UHGV virus genome: UHGV-0119950
Strand: one strand, 5' to 3'
DNA length: 53,290 nt
Source: a virus
The notes beneath the pieces are model-generated. The model was given only the letters and a program-made list of their open reading frames with translations. It did not search any database and was not told the DNA's origin. Below, piece after piece: positions 9,364 through 17,082 of the stretch. Every line of letters begins with the position of its first letter. Position 1 is the stretch's first letter. The position numbers were made by a program, and so were the translations under genes.

Positions 9364-9781
9364 CTAAACCTCTCTCGATTCTCTCCCAGTTGTTACAAAC
9401 TTTTTGGACATCAGAATCGCTTAAATCATCAAAATCTTTGTAGATGTAATGACTCATAAAATAAGTCATTGATACTCTCTCCGACTCCCAGTAGTACCCT
9501 CGAATAGGTATCTTCTTTATAGCCCAGAAATTTTTTTTAGGTTTGCCATTGTAAGAAGGCAGTATTCCTTCCTTTCTGACGCTGAGATCTGGAGTTCTTT
9601 TACCTGATGCCAGGCGCTCTATTTGTAGTCTAAGCTTGACCATCATGGCTTTTTGCTTCTTAGCAGGAGTAACACTCAGTATCGCATCAGCTAGAGTTTT
9701 TAGCGCTCCATTACAATGGGTTACAGTGAAGCAAGCGCCCTTAAAAGTATGTTGAACCATCCACTTATCCATAGTTAACAT
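9353..9781 (-). CDS. Hypothetical 142-aa protein, candidate RelE/HigB (Gp49/DUF891-like) toxin
   Basis: The pattern KLRLQIERLASG...FWAIKKIPIRGYYWES...YFMSHYIYKDFDDLSDSDVQKV resembles the HigB/Gp49 layout (…YRxxY…hHaFxKKxxxTPxxDI…). Lies upstream of the HTH gene, the HigBA order. Start codon uncertain (ATG 9781, 9772 or 9760). Confidence 0.6.
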   Translation of the reverse strand: MLTMDKWMVQHTFKGACFTVTHCNGALKTLADAILSVTPAKKQKAMMVKLRLQIERLASGKRTPDLSVRKEGILPSYNGKPKKNFWAIKKIPIRGYYWESERVSMTYFMSHYIYKDFDDLSDSDVQKVCNNWERIERGLDDY

Positions 9782-9875
9782 ATATATTAACTCACAATTT
9801 GCAAGTGAGCCACCTTCATCTTATAGAGATAATCCGAAAAGCATGATGGTTAGCAATTCATGTCCTTATCAACTC

Positions 9876-10031
9876 TCAAAGGGACATACCGATAACGGCA
9901 TTAACCACACTTGACGCCATAAACACGCCGCCAACGATGAAGCTGGCCTGGTTCTTCCTGGTAGCGCCAAGAGTCAACAGAACCACTGAAAGGGCAAAGA
10001 AAGGTATCGCGATTATGCTGAACGTGTTCAT
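9876..10031 (-). CDS. Small hydrophobic protein, 51 aa (two predicted TM segments), below the ORF-track cutoff
   Basis: Hand translation: MNTFSIIAIPFFALSVVLLTLGATRKNQASFIVGGVFMASSVVNAVIGMSL. SD GAGG 5 nt upstream. Starts 12 nt after the repressor stop. Confidence 0.55.
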   Translation of the reverse strand: MNTFSIIAIPFFALSVVLLTLGATRKNQASFIVGGVFMASSVVNAVIGMSL

Positions 10032-10043
10032 GTTGACCTCAAG

Positions 10044-10433
10044 TTATTGCGATTCTCCGTCACCCTTAATCCGTCGCCCCATGTACTTCGCGTACAGCTC
10101 GTCGAGCTCCTTCAGTCGCAGAGATACGATCCGCAACATGTTCTGCTGCTCTTCTTCCGGCAGCTGGCGATAGAGTTCCAGCAGGCGCTGCTCGTCAGGC
10201 TTCATACCATCTTTCTCGCCGACATCTTCCCCGAGCAGCCAGGCGACCGAAACACCAACAGCATCGGCTATAGCCAGTGCTGATTTTTTGCTAATAACGC
10301 CTTTTTTAAACCAGCTATTGACCGCCTGAGGCGAGACTCCGGCTATTCGCGCCATATCTGCTTTGGTAATGCCTCTGGCATAGACCTCGTTGAGTCGCGC
10401 TATCAATGCTTTGTTGGGTTCTTCTTTTCTCAT
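10044..10433 (-). CDS. Prophage repressor (CI-like, HTH_XRE) lacking an S24/LexA-type cleavage domain
   Basis: 129 aa from the ATG at 10433. HTH ITKADMARIAGVSPQAVNSWFKKGVISKKSALAIADAVGVSVAWLL. The short helical C-terminus has no Ala-Gly/Ser-Lys peptidase motifs. Divergent from the cro-like gene. Confidence 0.8.
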   Translation of the reverse strand: MRKEEPNKALIARLNEVYARGITKADMARIAGVSPQAVNSWFKKGVISKKSALAIADAVGVSVAWLLGEDVGEKDGMKPDEQRLLELYRQLPEEEQQNMLRIVSLRLKELDELYAKYMGRRIKGDGESQ

Positions 10434-10534
10434 TCTCTCATTGTAAATGGTTAGTTTACACACTCAATAAATTGAATATTGATTGAAATATAAATCTGTG
10501 GTTTACTTTCTTCGTTGATAGTTAGGAGAAGAAA
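10434..10534. promoter_or_regulatory. Divergent immunity promoter/operator region
   Basis: AT-rich 101-nt gap between the repressor and the cro-like gene. Inverted repeats TGTAAA-N7-TTTACA (10442-10460) and TCAATA-N7-TATTGA (10464-10482). Confidence 0.6.
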
Positions 10535-10768
10535 ATGACAGCACTTGATAAAGCAATTAAGGCCGCTGGTTCAGCGAGAAAGCTAAGCATGGCACTTGGT
10601 GTAACCAGTATGTCAATTAGCCATTGGAAACATCGCGACAGAGGCATTGTGCCGCCAGATTACATATTAAAAATTCACAGCATAACCGGTGTTACTCCCC
10701 ACGAATTGCGCCCTGATCTGTATCCGAACCCAACGGATGGATTACCGGCGCAGGAAGCGAGGGCGTAA
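10535..10768 (+). CDS. Cro-like / YdaS-family HTH regulator
   Basis: 77 aa. HTH SARKLSMALGVTSMSISHWKHRDRGIVPPDY. SD AGGAGAAG. First gene of the rightward early operon. Confidence 0.8.
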   Translation: MTALDKAIKAAGSARKLSMALGVTSMSISHWKHRDRGIVPPDYILKIHSITGVTPHELRPDLYPNPTDGLPAQEARA

Positions 10769-10770
10769 CC

Positions 10771-11313
10771 GTGCATTCAATTTCATTTCAACAAAATACC
10801 GGGTTTCCTCCAGCCACGATGATAAATCGCAATCAGCCTGATCCGGCGGATAAGCATGACCAGATTCGGGCTGCCGTTCGTGCGTGGTCGGCATCGCTGG
10901 ACAACCAGGACGTAGTCGCCGGGATCATCGTTGAAGAATGGGAACGGCAGGGCGGCGCCGGGCTGGATTTTCCTGACGACCTGAGCCGTAAGCGGCAGAA
11001 GCTTTTCCGCTGGCTGGACAGCGACACCGGATATGCGCGCGAAAACATCCGCCAGCTGACTCCGGCAATCCTGGCTGTTATGCCGCTGGAATTTCGTGGG
11101 CGCCTTATCGGACAGGATTGTTTCATGACGCGTTTTGCAGCGATGGAGAAGGAAATCAGCGAGGCGAAACAGGCCGTAATGTTGAATGCGCCAAAGCATC
11201 AACTGGTGAAAGAGGTCAGGGAAGGGATTGAGCATCTGCTGAATATGTTGCCGGATGATGCTGTTGTTCAGGTTCTGAGTGGTATCGCGGCCATAGCGCC
11301 GGGTGTCATGTGA
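10771..11313 (+). CDS. YdaT-like (CII-type) regulatory protein
   Basis: IIVEEWERQGGAGLDFP...RQKLFRWLDSDT...IRQLTPAILAVMPLEFRGRL parallels E. coli YdaT as remembered. Start uncertain (GTG 10771 or ATG 10819). Confidence 0.7.
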   Translation: MHSISFQQNTGFPPATMINRNQPDPADKHDQIRAAVRAWSASLDNQDVVAGIIVEEWERQGGAGLDFPDDLSRKRQKLFRWLDSDTGYARENIRQLTPAILAVMPLEFRGRLIGQDCFMTRFAAMEKEISEAKQAVMLNAPKHQLVKEVREGIEHLLNMLPDDAVVQVLSGIAAIAPGVM

Positions 11314-11322
11314 GGTTACCAG

Positions 11323-11576
11323 ATGAATCATTTGGAGTTCATAGAAAAGCATGTCCGGGAAGAGTTGATCCGACAGGGCTTCACCGTAGCGGTGGCTCAG
11401 GGGGGGCATTTCAGGCCGTCGATATGTACAAGCGAATGAGCCAGGCAAGCAGAAAGGGGAGGATTTTTGATGATGTTTTACGTCACGCGAAATTGTGGGC
11501 AGAAAAACAAACATTACCGGCTGATCGGTTTGATTCAAAACGGGCTAAACGGGGCAGGCAACAGGGCTTGTTCTGA
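11323..11576 (+). other. Small gene split over two frames at a G7 tract (38-codon frame plus downstream frame ending at 11576); frameshifted gene, or two or three small ORFs
   Basis: ATG 11323 gives the protein-like MNHLEFIEKHVREELIRQGFTVAVAQGG, then stops at 11437. The -1 frame continues from the G-run (11400-11406) as AFQAVDMYKRMSQASRKGRIFDDVLRHAKLWAEKQ... The track ORF from GTG 11310 has a junk-like N-terminus. Confidence 0.4.
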
Positions 11577-11695
11577 AAGGGTGAAGACCGCTGTGCTCGA
11601 ACACAGACGGCCTTCGGGTGCAATTAGTTGCGTACTCATTGCGAGGTCATTATGACAAAGAGTTTTTCAAAACACCAGGCAAGGGAGGCATAGCT

Positions 11696-12694
11696 ATGTC
11701 GAATGTCGCCTACGCCGATTTTGCGGCGCGTACCGCCGTCAGGAGCAACCGGATGGAAAACCAGAAGACCGGATTCATCCCGTTGTACCGGAGTGTACTC
11801 AAGCAGCCCTGGTCAGAAGATGTTTACCTGCGTACGTTGTGGGATAACCTGCTTTTGGGCGCTGCCAGCCAGCCATACACAGCGAGCTTTAAAGGTCGCC
11901 AATGGCCGCTACAAACCGGACAACTGGTGACCACGGCGGCCGATCTGGGCCTGAAACTACGTGACAGAAAAGGCAACCCAACAAGCCGTGATGCTGTTGA
12001 GAGAATGCTGACATTTTTTGTGCGCGAAGGGATGATTTCCATTGAGGGGGAACGGCAAAGAGGGCGTGTGATCACGATCTCAAATTATGCCGAATATGCT
12101 CAAAAAATGGACAATTTACCCGCACAAACTTCCGCACATACCAGCGCACATATGACCGCACATGGCGAAGCCAGTAACGGCGCGGGTTTGGCGGCAGGTA
12201 GCGCACATGAAAGCGCACATACATCCGCACAAACAAGCGCACATCATGAACAATATATATTAAATACTAACGTATTTAATGTACGTCAGAGAATTTCCAA
12301 AGTTGTTCCTGATGCAGCAGTCCAGACTCCGAAAGGTGACAAGTGGGGGACATCTGACGATCTCCGTTGCGCAGAGTGGATGCTGGCACTGCGTGACATC
12401 ACCAAACCATCCCTGAAAAAACCGAACATGGCTGGCTGGGCGAATGACATACGCCTGATGCGCCAACTGGACGGACGCACCCACAAAGAGATTTGTGAGT
12501 TGTTCAGATGGGCCTGCAAAGACTCGTTCTGGTACAAAAATATTCTCTCTCCCGCAAAGCTCCGCGCCAAGTGGGACACGTTAACCCTTCACCGTGAAGA
12601 CACTACCCGCAAGCCACGCGCAGATGTCAGCGCAAGCAAATCCGAAACTGGCCCGCACTGGAACAGTGCTGAAGCATGGGAGAAATTTTTATGA
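11696..12694 (+). CDS. Replication initiator (lambda O-like role) with internal origin
   Basis: 332 aa from the ATG at 11696 (SD GGGAGG). N-terminal winged-helix-like region. The central TSAH-repeat segment is encoded by the iterons. Followed by a P-like gene with ATGA coupling. Confidence 0.75.
   Translation: MSNVAYADFAARTAVRSNRMENQKTGFIPLYRSVLKQPWSEDVYLRTLWDNLLLGAASQPYTASFKGRQWPLQTGQLVTTAADLGLKLRDRKGNPTSRDAVERMLTFFVREGMISIEGERQRGRVITISNYAEYAQKMDNLPAQTSAHTSAHMTAHGEASNGAGLAAGSAHESAHTSAQTSAHHEQYILNTNVFNVRQRISKVVPDAAVQTPKGDKWGTSDDLRCAEWMLALRDITKPSLKKPNMAGWANDIRLMRQLDGRTHKEICELFRWACKDSFWYKNILSPAKLRAKWDTLTLHREDTTRKPRADVSASKSETGPHWNSAEAWEKFL
12121..12243. repeat. Iteron array: 8 copies of CGCACA in two blocks of four with exact 12-nt spacing, followed by an AT-rich stretch (12244-12285); candidate ori
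   Basis: CGCACA occurs at 12121, 12133, 12145, 12157 and at 12202, 12214, 12226, 12238. Then ATGAACAATATATATTAAATACTAACGTATTTAATGTA. Same logic as lambda ori inside gene O. Confidence 0.7.
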
Positions 12695-13386
12695 CCCCGG
12701 ATCTTTATCGTGCAATTCAGAATCGCGACAGCGAAATGCTATCGCGCATGGCTGGAGACTCTTACGACGGACGTAAGGTTGTTAACAGTGACGCTGAAAA
12801 GCTGGTGGATATGCTTTTTGAAAATCTCATGCAGGTATTTCCGGCATCCACTCAGACGAACCTACGTACTGGCGATGATATTCGCGTTGCAAAGCAGCAA
12901 TGGATCGCCGCTTTTGCTGAGTCAGGCATCACCTCCCGTGAGCAACTTTCCGCCGGAATGCAGAAAGCCCGATCCAGTCAGTCACCGTTCTGGCCGTCGC
13001 CGGGTCAGTTTATTTCGTGGTGCCGTGAGGGGAGTGGCGCGCTGGGAGTCAGTGTGGACGACATCATGAGCGAATACTGGCGCTGGCGGAAACTTGTTTT
13101 TCGCTATCCGACGAGTGAGCAGTTCCCCTGGAGGGATAAAAACCCGCTGTATTACCACGTCTGCCTGGAGCTGCGCCGTCGTGGAACGGAGGGGCAACTC
13201 AGCGAAAAGGAACTTATCCGGGCCGCTGGCGACATCCTGCATGACTGGGAAAAGCGTGCTCTTGCTGGCAAGCCCATACCACCTGTTCGTCGCGCTATAG
13301 CCGCGCCTTCGCAGGATCGTGGGCCAACACCAGCCGAGCTGTTAATGGCGAAGTACAAGCAGCGTAAAGACGCCGGGCTGATTTAA
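12691..13386 (+). CDS. Lambda P-like replication protein (helicase loader)
   Basis: FPAS...QQWIAAFAESGITSREQLSAGMQKARSSQSPFWPSPGQFISWCRE matches lambda P (RRQWVLAFRENGITTMEQVNAGMRVARRQNRPFLPSPGQFVAWCRE, from memory). ATGA overlap with the upstream gene. Confidence 0.9.
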   Translation: MTPDLYRAIQNRDSEMLSRMAGDSYDGRKVVNSDAEKLVDMLFENLMQVFPASTQTNLRTGDDIRVAKQQWIAAFAESGITSREQLSAGMQKARSSQSPFWPSPGQFISWCREGSGALGVSVDDIMSEYWRWRKLVFRYPTSEQFPWRDKNPLYYHVCLELRRRGTEGQLSEKELIRAAGDILHDWEKRALAGKPIPPVRRAIAAPSQDRGPTPAELLMAKYKQRKDAGLI

Positions 13387-13402
13387 CGGGAGGAGAATAA
13401 CG

Positions 13403-13714
13403 ATGGCAAGCAAATCACTGTGGGCAATTGTTGATTTCCTTCGGGAAAACCAGACCATCACGCCGCGACAGGTTCAGAACCTGCTGGGATGTGACTGCAA
13501 GAAATCTCACAACCTGTTGCTTCACCTGACGCGCAAAGCGGTAGTGATCCGTACAGGCGAGCCGCATCACCCGGTCTATTCGCTGTTGCCCGGCGGAGAA
13601 CTGAATATCAAGCGCTTCAAATCGACCGTGAGAAAAAACATGGTCTCATCCGTTTGCCGAAACAGTGCGGCGATGAAGCGAATTTTAATGGTTTGGGGGA
13701 GGGCATCAGCATGA
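13403..13714 (+). CDS. Hypothetical protein, possible winged-helix
   Basis: 103-aa ORF, SD GGAGGAG. Confidence 0.6.
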   Translation: MASKSLWAIVDFLRENQTITPRQVQNLLGCDCKKSHNLLLHLTRKAVVIRTGEPHHPVYSLLPGGELNIKRFKSTVRKNMVSSVCRNSAAMKRILMVWGRASA

Positions 13715-14280
13715 AATCAACGGTAGAAACAAAAATCATTGAGTTAGTGAAGTCAGGGCATGAGCTGGCGAAAGAACTGCATTGTGCTGAGTCTGCCGCG
13801 CTGGTGAACTATCTGGCAACGCAGCTTGAAGTGCATTTTGCCCGTAGCAATGCGCTGGCTGCAAAACTGAGCATGATTAACGACCTCATGGATGCCGCTG
13901 AACAGGCCAACAAACTGGCGCAGGAAGCAACGGAAAAACTGGTACAGGAGCGTGACGCTCTGGCTGCGGAACTAAGCGCAGTTGAGTCCATTCACAACGA
14001 TGCAGTATTCATCACTGACGAGCACTATGAGCAATGCCCGCGAGAAGTTCAGAAGATAGTTCGATCGCTGGCTGTGTTGCAGATACCTGCTTACGACTCT
14101 TTCCTGGATGAAGTGCGGGCGCATGACCTTAACGCCTTCATTCAGCATCACAGTGCAGAACTGGATGCGCATATTAAAAACGGTGGTGAGCAGTTCGACG
14201 AAAAATCAGTACGCATCAGAGACATCATCGTCTCAGTTCGCTTGTTCATGGATCAACTTCGCAAAGGCGGTGCAGCATGA
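13711..14280 (+). CDS. Hypothetical coiled-coil protein
   Basis: Start at MKSTVETK (ATGA overlap with the upstream stop). 189 aa, helical/heptad character. Confidence 0.6.
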   Translation: MKSTVETKIIELVKSGHELAKELHCAESAALVNYLATQLEVHFARSNALAAKLSMINDLMDAAEQANKLAQEATEKLVQERDALAAELSAVESIHNDAVFITDEHYEQCPREVQKIVRSLAVLQIPAYDSFLDEVRAHDLNAFIQHHSAELDAHIKNGGEQFDEKSVRIRDIIVSVRLFMDQLRKGGAA

Positions 14281-14825
14281 AACCAACATTAACGGCAGAA
14301 TTGCGAAGGGAACTGCATAAATTGGCAACTGACGCGCACGAGTTGGGCATCATCAAGCGGTATTCGAAGGGACTAGAGGCGCAGAGAAAATTTTACGCTG
14401 CTGCAACCCCTCTGGTTATTCGCGCGCTGCTGGATGAGCTGGAAGCGCTCCAGTCTTTCCGTACCGCATTCAATGAGTGGCACGATAAAACAGAATGGGT
14501 GCAGACGGATAAGCGGCTTGACGTCATTAAGCCGTGGGGTAAGCACCGCGCCGACGTTCTGAAGCTCTATATCGATCACCTGGAATCAAAGCCGGAAGCC
14601 AAAGAAGAACAGCGAGCTAACTGGTTTCATATGGCGCAGAAGTTAGGCGAGAATTTGGACGCCGCAGAGAAGCGCATAGCAGAACTGGAGGCGAAATTAG
14701 CTAACCCCGTGCTGCTCCCGAAAACAAACGGCTACTGGACTGAGCAAGAAAAGGCGTATGAAGAAGCCATTATGTTCGCTAAGCGGCAGGTTCGTCTGGC
14801 TGGATTCAGTGTGGAGGACATGTAA
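14277..14825 (+). CDS. Hypothetical protein (Ead/Ea22-like character)
   Basis: 182 aa, ATGA coupling. Coiled-coil segments similar to nin-region Ea22-like proteins as remembered. Confidence 0.6.
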   Translation: MKPTLTAELRRELHKLATDAHELGIIKRYSKGLEAQRKFYAAATPLVIRALLDELEALQSFRTAFNEWHDKTEWVQTDKRLDVIKPWGKHRADVLKLYIDHLESKPEAKEEQRANWFHMAQKLGENLDAAEKRIAELEAKLANPVLLPKTNGYWTEQEKAYEEAIMFAKRQVRLAGFSVEDM

Positions 14826-15067
14826 TGGCTATTTTTATGGAAGTACGTTGTGCAGGTCGCGGTGATGTTGATGGTTGCCATTCTGACCAGAACGCCGAAC
14901 CAATGACGACAGCACATGAAAGCGTTAAGGGTGTTTCTACGGCGCTGAAATTTCTTAAAGACGATTCACTCAATAACGGCTGGGTGTTGCACAAAGGTGA
15001 GCTTTATTGCCCGGCATGCGCCGAAGCAAAAGCATGGGACGCCGCTGGCATCGGTAAGGGGGAGTGA
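14825..15067 (+). CDS. Hypothetical protein
   Basis: 80-aa ORF, TAATG coupling. Confidence 0.5.
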   Translation: MAIFMEVRCAGRGDVDGCHSDQNAEPMTTAHESVKGVSTALKFLKDDSLNNGWVLHKGELYCPACAEAKAWDAAGIGKGE

Positions 15068-15068
15068 T

Positions 15069-15254
15069 ATGAAACGAGAAATTATTACCGTCACCCGTCC
15101 TGGAAACTGCTGCCCAGGGCATGACAAATACCCATGCGAAAAATACAGAAACAGACGCTCTGTTCGCCAGCGCGCTATCGGTATTAAAAAAGAACATCGC
15201 CATGTGCGCAGGAATATGCGTCAGGAGTTGCTTTCAGTTATAGGTGAGGACTAA
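15069..15254 (+). CDS. Hypothetical basic Cys-rich protein, 61 aa
   Basis: The internal ATG at 15069, directly after the upstream stop, was preferred over the longer overlapping track ORF. Confidence 0.45.
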   Translation: MKREIITVTRPGNCCPGHDKYPCEKYRNRRSVRQRAIGIKKEHRHVRRNMRQELLSVIGED

Positions 15255-15257
15255 CCC

Positions 15258-15536
15258 ATGACCACTATTACCAGAGAGCTTATCGCCGCATATCTTAACG
15301 GCGAAGTTAAAACGCTCACTAACAGCGAACAGAAAGAGCTGGCGCGTATCGCGCTGGCATCGCTGGACGATGAAATAAAACTACGCCCTGTAGGGGTTAT
15401 GAGCGAGTCAGCCTTTCATAGGCTTGAACGCAGCGAGTCACGTTTTATTGCGCTGTGGCCTCGTCCTGGTATCTTTTTGCCGCGCCCACGTCCAGACGAT
15501 GGCGTTATCGTTTATGCAAAGGTTGAGGGTGCGTGA
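15258..15536 (+). CDS. Hypothetical protein
   Basis: 92-aa ORF in the coupled nin-like chain. Confidence 0.55.
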   Translation: MTTITRELIAAYLNGEVKTLTNSEQKELARIALASLDDEIKLRPVGVMSESAFHRLERSESRFIALWPRPGIFLPRPRPDDGVIVYAKVEGA

Positions 15537-15772
15537 TGGCTATTGCATCAGGATATTCCATTGACGCCTATTGCGACTGCGAACAATGCGTAAATAACAT
15601 CGACCCAGTTGGTCGTTGGTGCCGTCAAGAAATGATCAGCGCAACCGGAGAGTCTTACGCAGAATGCGCTGCGCTAATCCGTAGCTATGGCTGGAAGTTA
15701 AGTCGCAACAAGATGCATGCGTTGCACCTGGGCATAAAAAACCGAAATCATGGAGTAAATTATGACAACTAA
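15536..15772 (+). CDS. Hypothetical Cys-rich protein
   Basis: ATG overlaps the upstream TGA (TGATG). 78 aa. Confidence 0.5.
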   Translation: MAIASGYSIDAYCDCEQCVNNIDPVGRWCRQEMISATGESYAECAALIRSYGWKLSRNKMHALHLGIKNRNHGVNYDN

Positions 15773-16337
15773 CAACCACCCGGCGCACGGCCCGCTCTCA
15801 GATTACCGATTGCACTGCATTCGTGAAATCTTGGGCAAAGCAGCAGCACAAAGAGACGGCGGTAATCTCGGTTACGCAATGTCTGATGCTGTGAAAGCGT
15901 TTGATGAACTGCTGGAAGTGCGCAAGGCGGAGCCGGTTGCTTTCATCAATGGAGCGTGGACGCTGGTTTATTATCGCCCGCCGAAAGAATCTGGTCTGAA
16001 GATTGGCGATAAGCTCTACACCGCCCCGCCAGCGCCTGTAGATAACACGTTCATCCCCAAAAATCTGGACAGAGCGCTCGGCGTGGTTGGCGTGGCGCTA
16101 CCTGAGTCGAAAGAGGAGTTTAATTTCCAGATTGAGCGCTGGATACAGCGACTGATTGACCGTGTTATTCGTTACTCCGATGAATTCAAAGAGCAACCAG
16201 CACCAGTAGTGCCACCAGAGCAAAACTGGGAAGAGTTATGCCGACAGCATCCAGACATGAGCATCGGTGATGCCATTATTCGCGCTGCATGGTGGAATCT
16301 TTGCCGCGCCGCCATGCTTCAGGGGGATAAATCGTGA
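15762..16337 (+). CDS. Hypothetical protein
   Basis: 191-aa ORF, SD GGAG. Confidence 0.6.
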   Translation: MTTNNHPAHGPLSDYRLHCIREILGKAAAQRDGGNLGYAMSDAVKAFDELLEVRKAEPVAFINGAWTLVYYRPPKESGLKIGDKLYTAPPAPVDNTFIPKNLDRALGVVGVALPESKEEFNFQIERWIQRLIDRVIRYSDEFKEQPAPVVPPEQNWEELCRQHPDMSIGDAIIRAAWWNLCRAAMLQGDKS

Positions 16338-16825
16338 AAACTATCCAGTTATCTGAGCGTGAGCTTTTCATGATTTTCAACATGCTGACGCCGCCCTACG
16401 CAGTCAGCGACACCCACACAGACGAGTTCAACGAATTGCGTAACAAAGTCTTTTACGCTCTGCGTGATGCTCAGAACGATGAACCTGTAAGTAATCGTGA
16501 TGAGTTGCCGCTGGACTATCTTCAAGGCCACAAAGACGGACTTGAGTGGGCTGCACAACTGGCTGAGGCTAATCACCCACAAACCGGCGATTGGCTTTAC
16601 GATGACCCGACAGAGCTTGCAAAGGCGATACGCAAGGGGCCGGATATGCCATTACCCAATGGCAACTCTCCGGTGATTCCGAATGGTTGGGTAATGGTGC
16701 CTGTTGAGCCAACAGAAGCGATGATTAACGCTTACAGAGGTGCACTTTATTCAGGGGAGTCGGCTGTCTCCTGTATTGATTTGTACAAGGCCATGATTGC
16801 AGCAGCGCCACAGCAGGAGGAATGA
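16334..16825 (+). CDS. Hypothetical protein
   Basis: 163-aa ORF. GTG start overlaps the upstream stop (GTGA). Confidence 0.6.
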   Translation: MKTIQLSERELFMIFNMLTPPYAVSDTHTDEFNELRNKVFYALRDAQNDEPVSNRDELPLDYLQGHKDGLEWAAQLAEANHPQTGDWLYDDPTELAKAIRKGPDMPLPNGNSPVIPNGWVMVPVEPTEAMINAYRGALYSGESAVSCIDLYKAMIAAAPQQEE

Positions 16826-17082
16826 TGGATCAACTTCTGCAATACGCCACCAATCGGATTATAGAACTGGAAAACCTTCTGCTGGTGAATGTTGAGGAAA
16901 CGGTCTGGCCAGCAGAGGTTCAGATGGTTTTTAGTCAAATCGAAAACGCCGGGAGTTTCCCGGCGCACCACCAGCGCCGATTGCAGCACCACATCAACAG
17001 AATGTGGCTGGAAAAAATACCGGTTACTTCGATTATTGCCGCAGCGCGCTCGCTGGCAGATGCAATGGAGAAATACGCGTGA
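16822..17082 (+). CDS. Hypothetical protein
   Basis: 86-aa ORF, ATGA coupling. Confidence 0.55.
   Translation: MMDQLLQYATNRIIELENLLLVNVEETVWPAEVQMVFSQIENAGSFPAHHQRRLQHHINRMWLEKIPVTSIIAAARSLADAMEKYA

Noticed and set aside
9937-10283. Two 78-aa plus-strand ORFs overlapping the repressor gene and the small TM ORF
   Set aside because: They are antisense to the HTH repressor and to the SD-preceded membrane ORF. There are no start signals.
10783-11538. 251-aa minus-strand ORF spanning the YdaT-like gene and the downstream small gene
   Set aside because: It lies entirely antisense to plus-strand genes with recognisable family similarity (YdaT-like) and good coupling. Its translation is Arg/Pro/His-rich junk with no SD. 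It is a typical shadow ORF.
12121-12243. Regularly spaced short repeats that could be mistaken for a CRISPR-like array
   Set aside because: The period is only 12 nt, with 6-nt conserved cores. They lie inside a coding frame (TSAH peptide repeat) of a replication initiator and are followed by an AT-rich segment. They are iterons, not repeat-spacer units.
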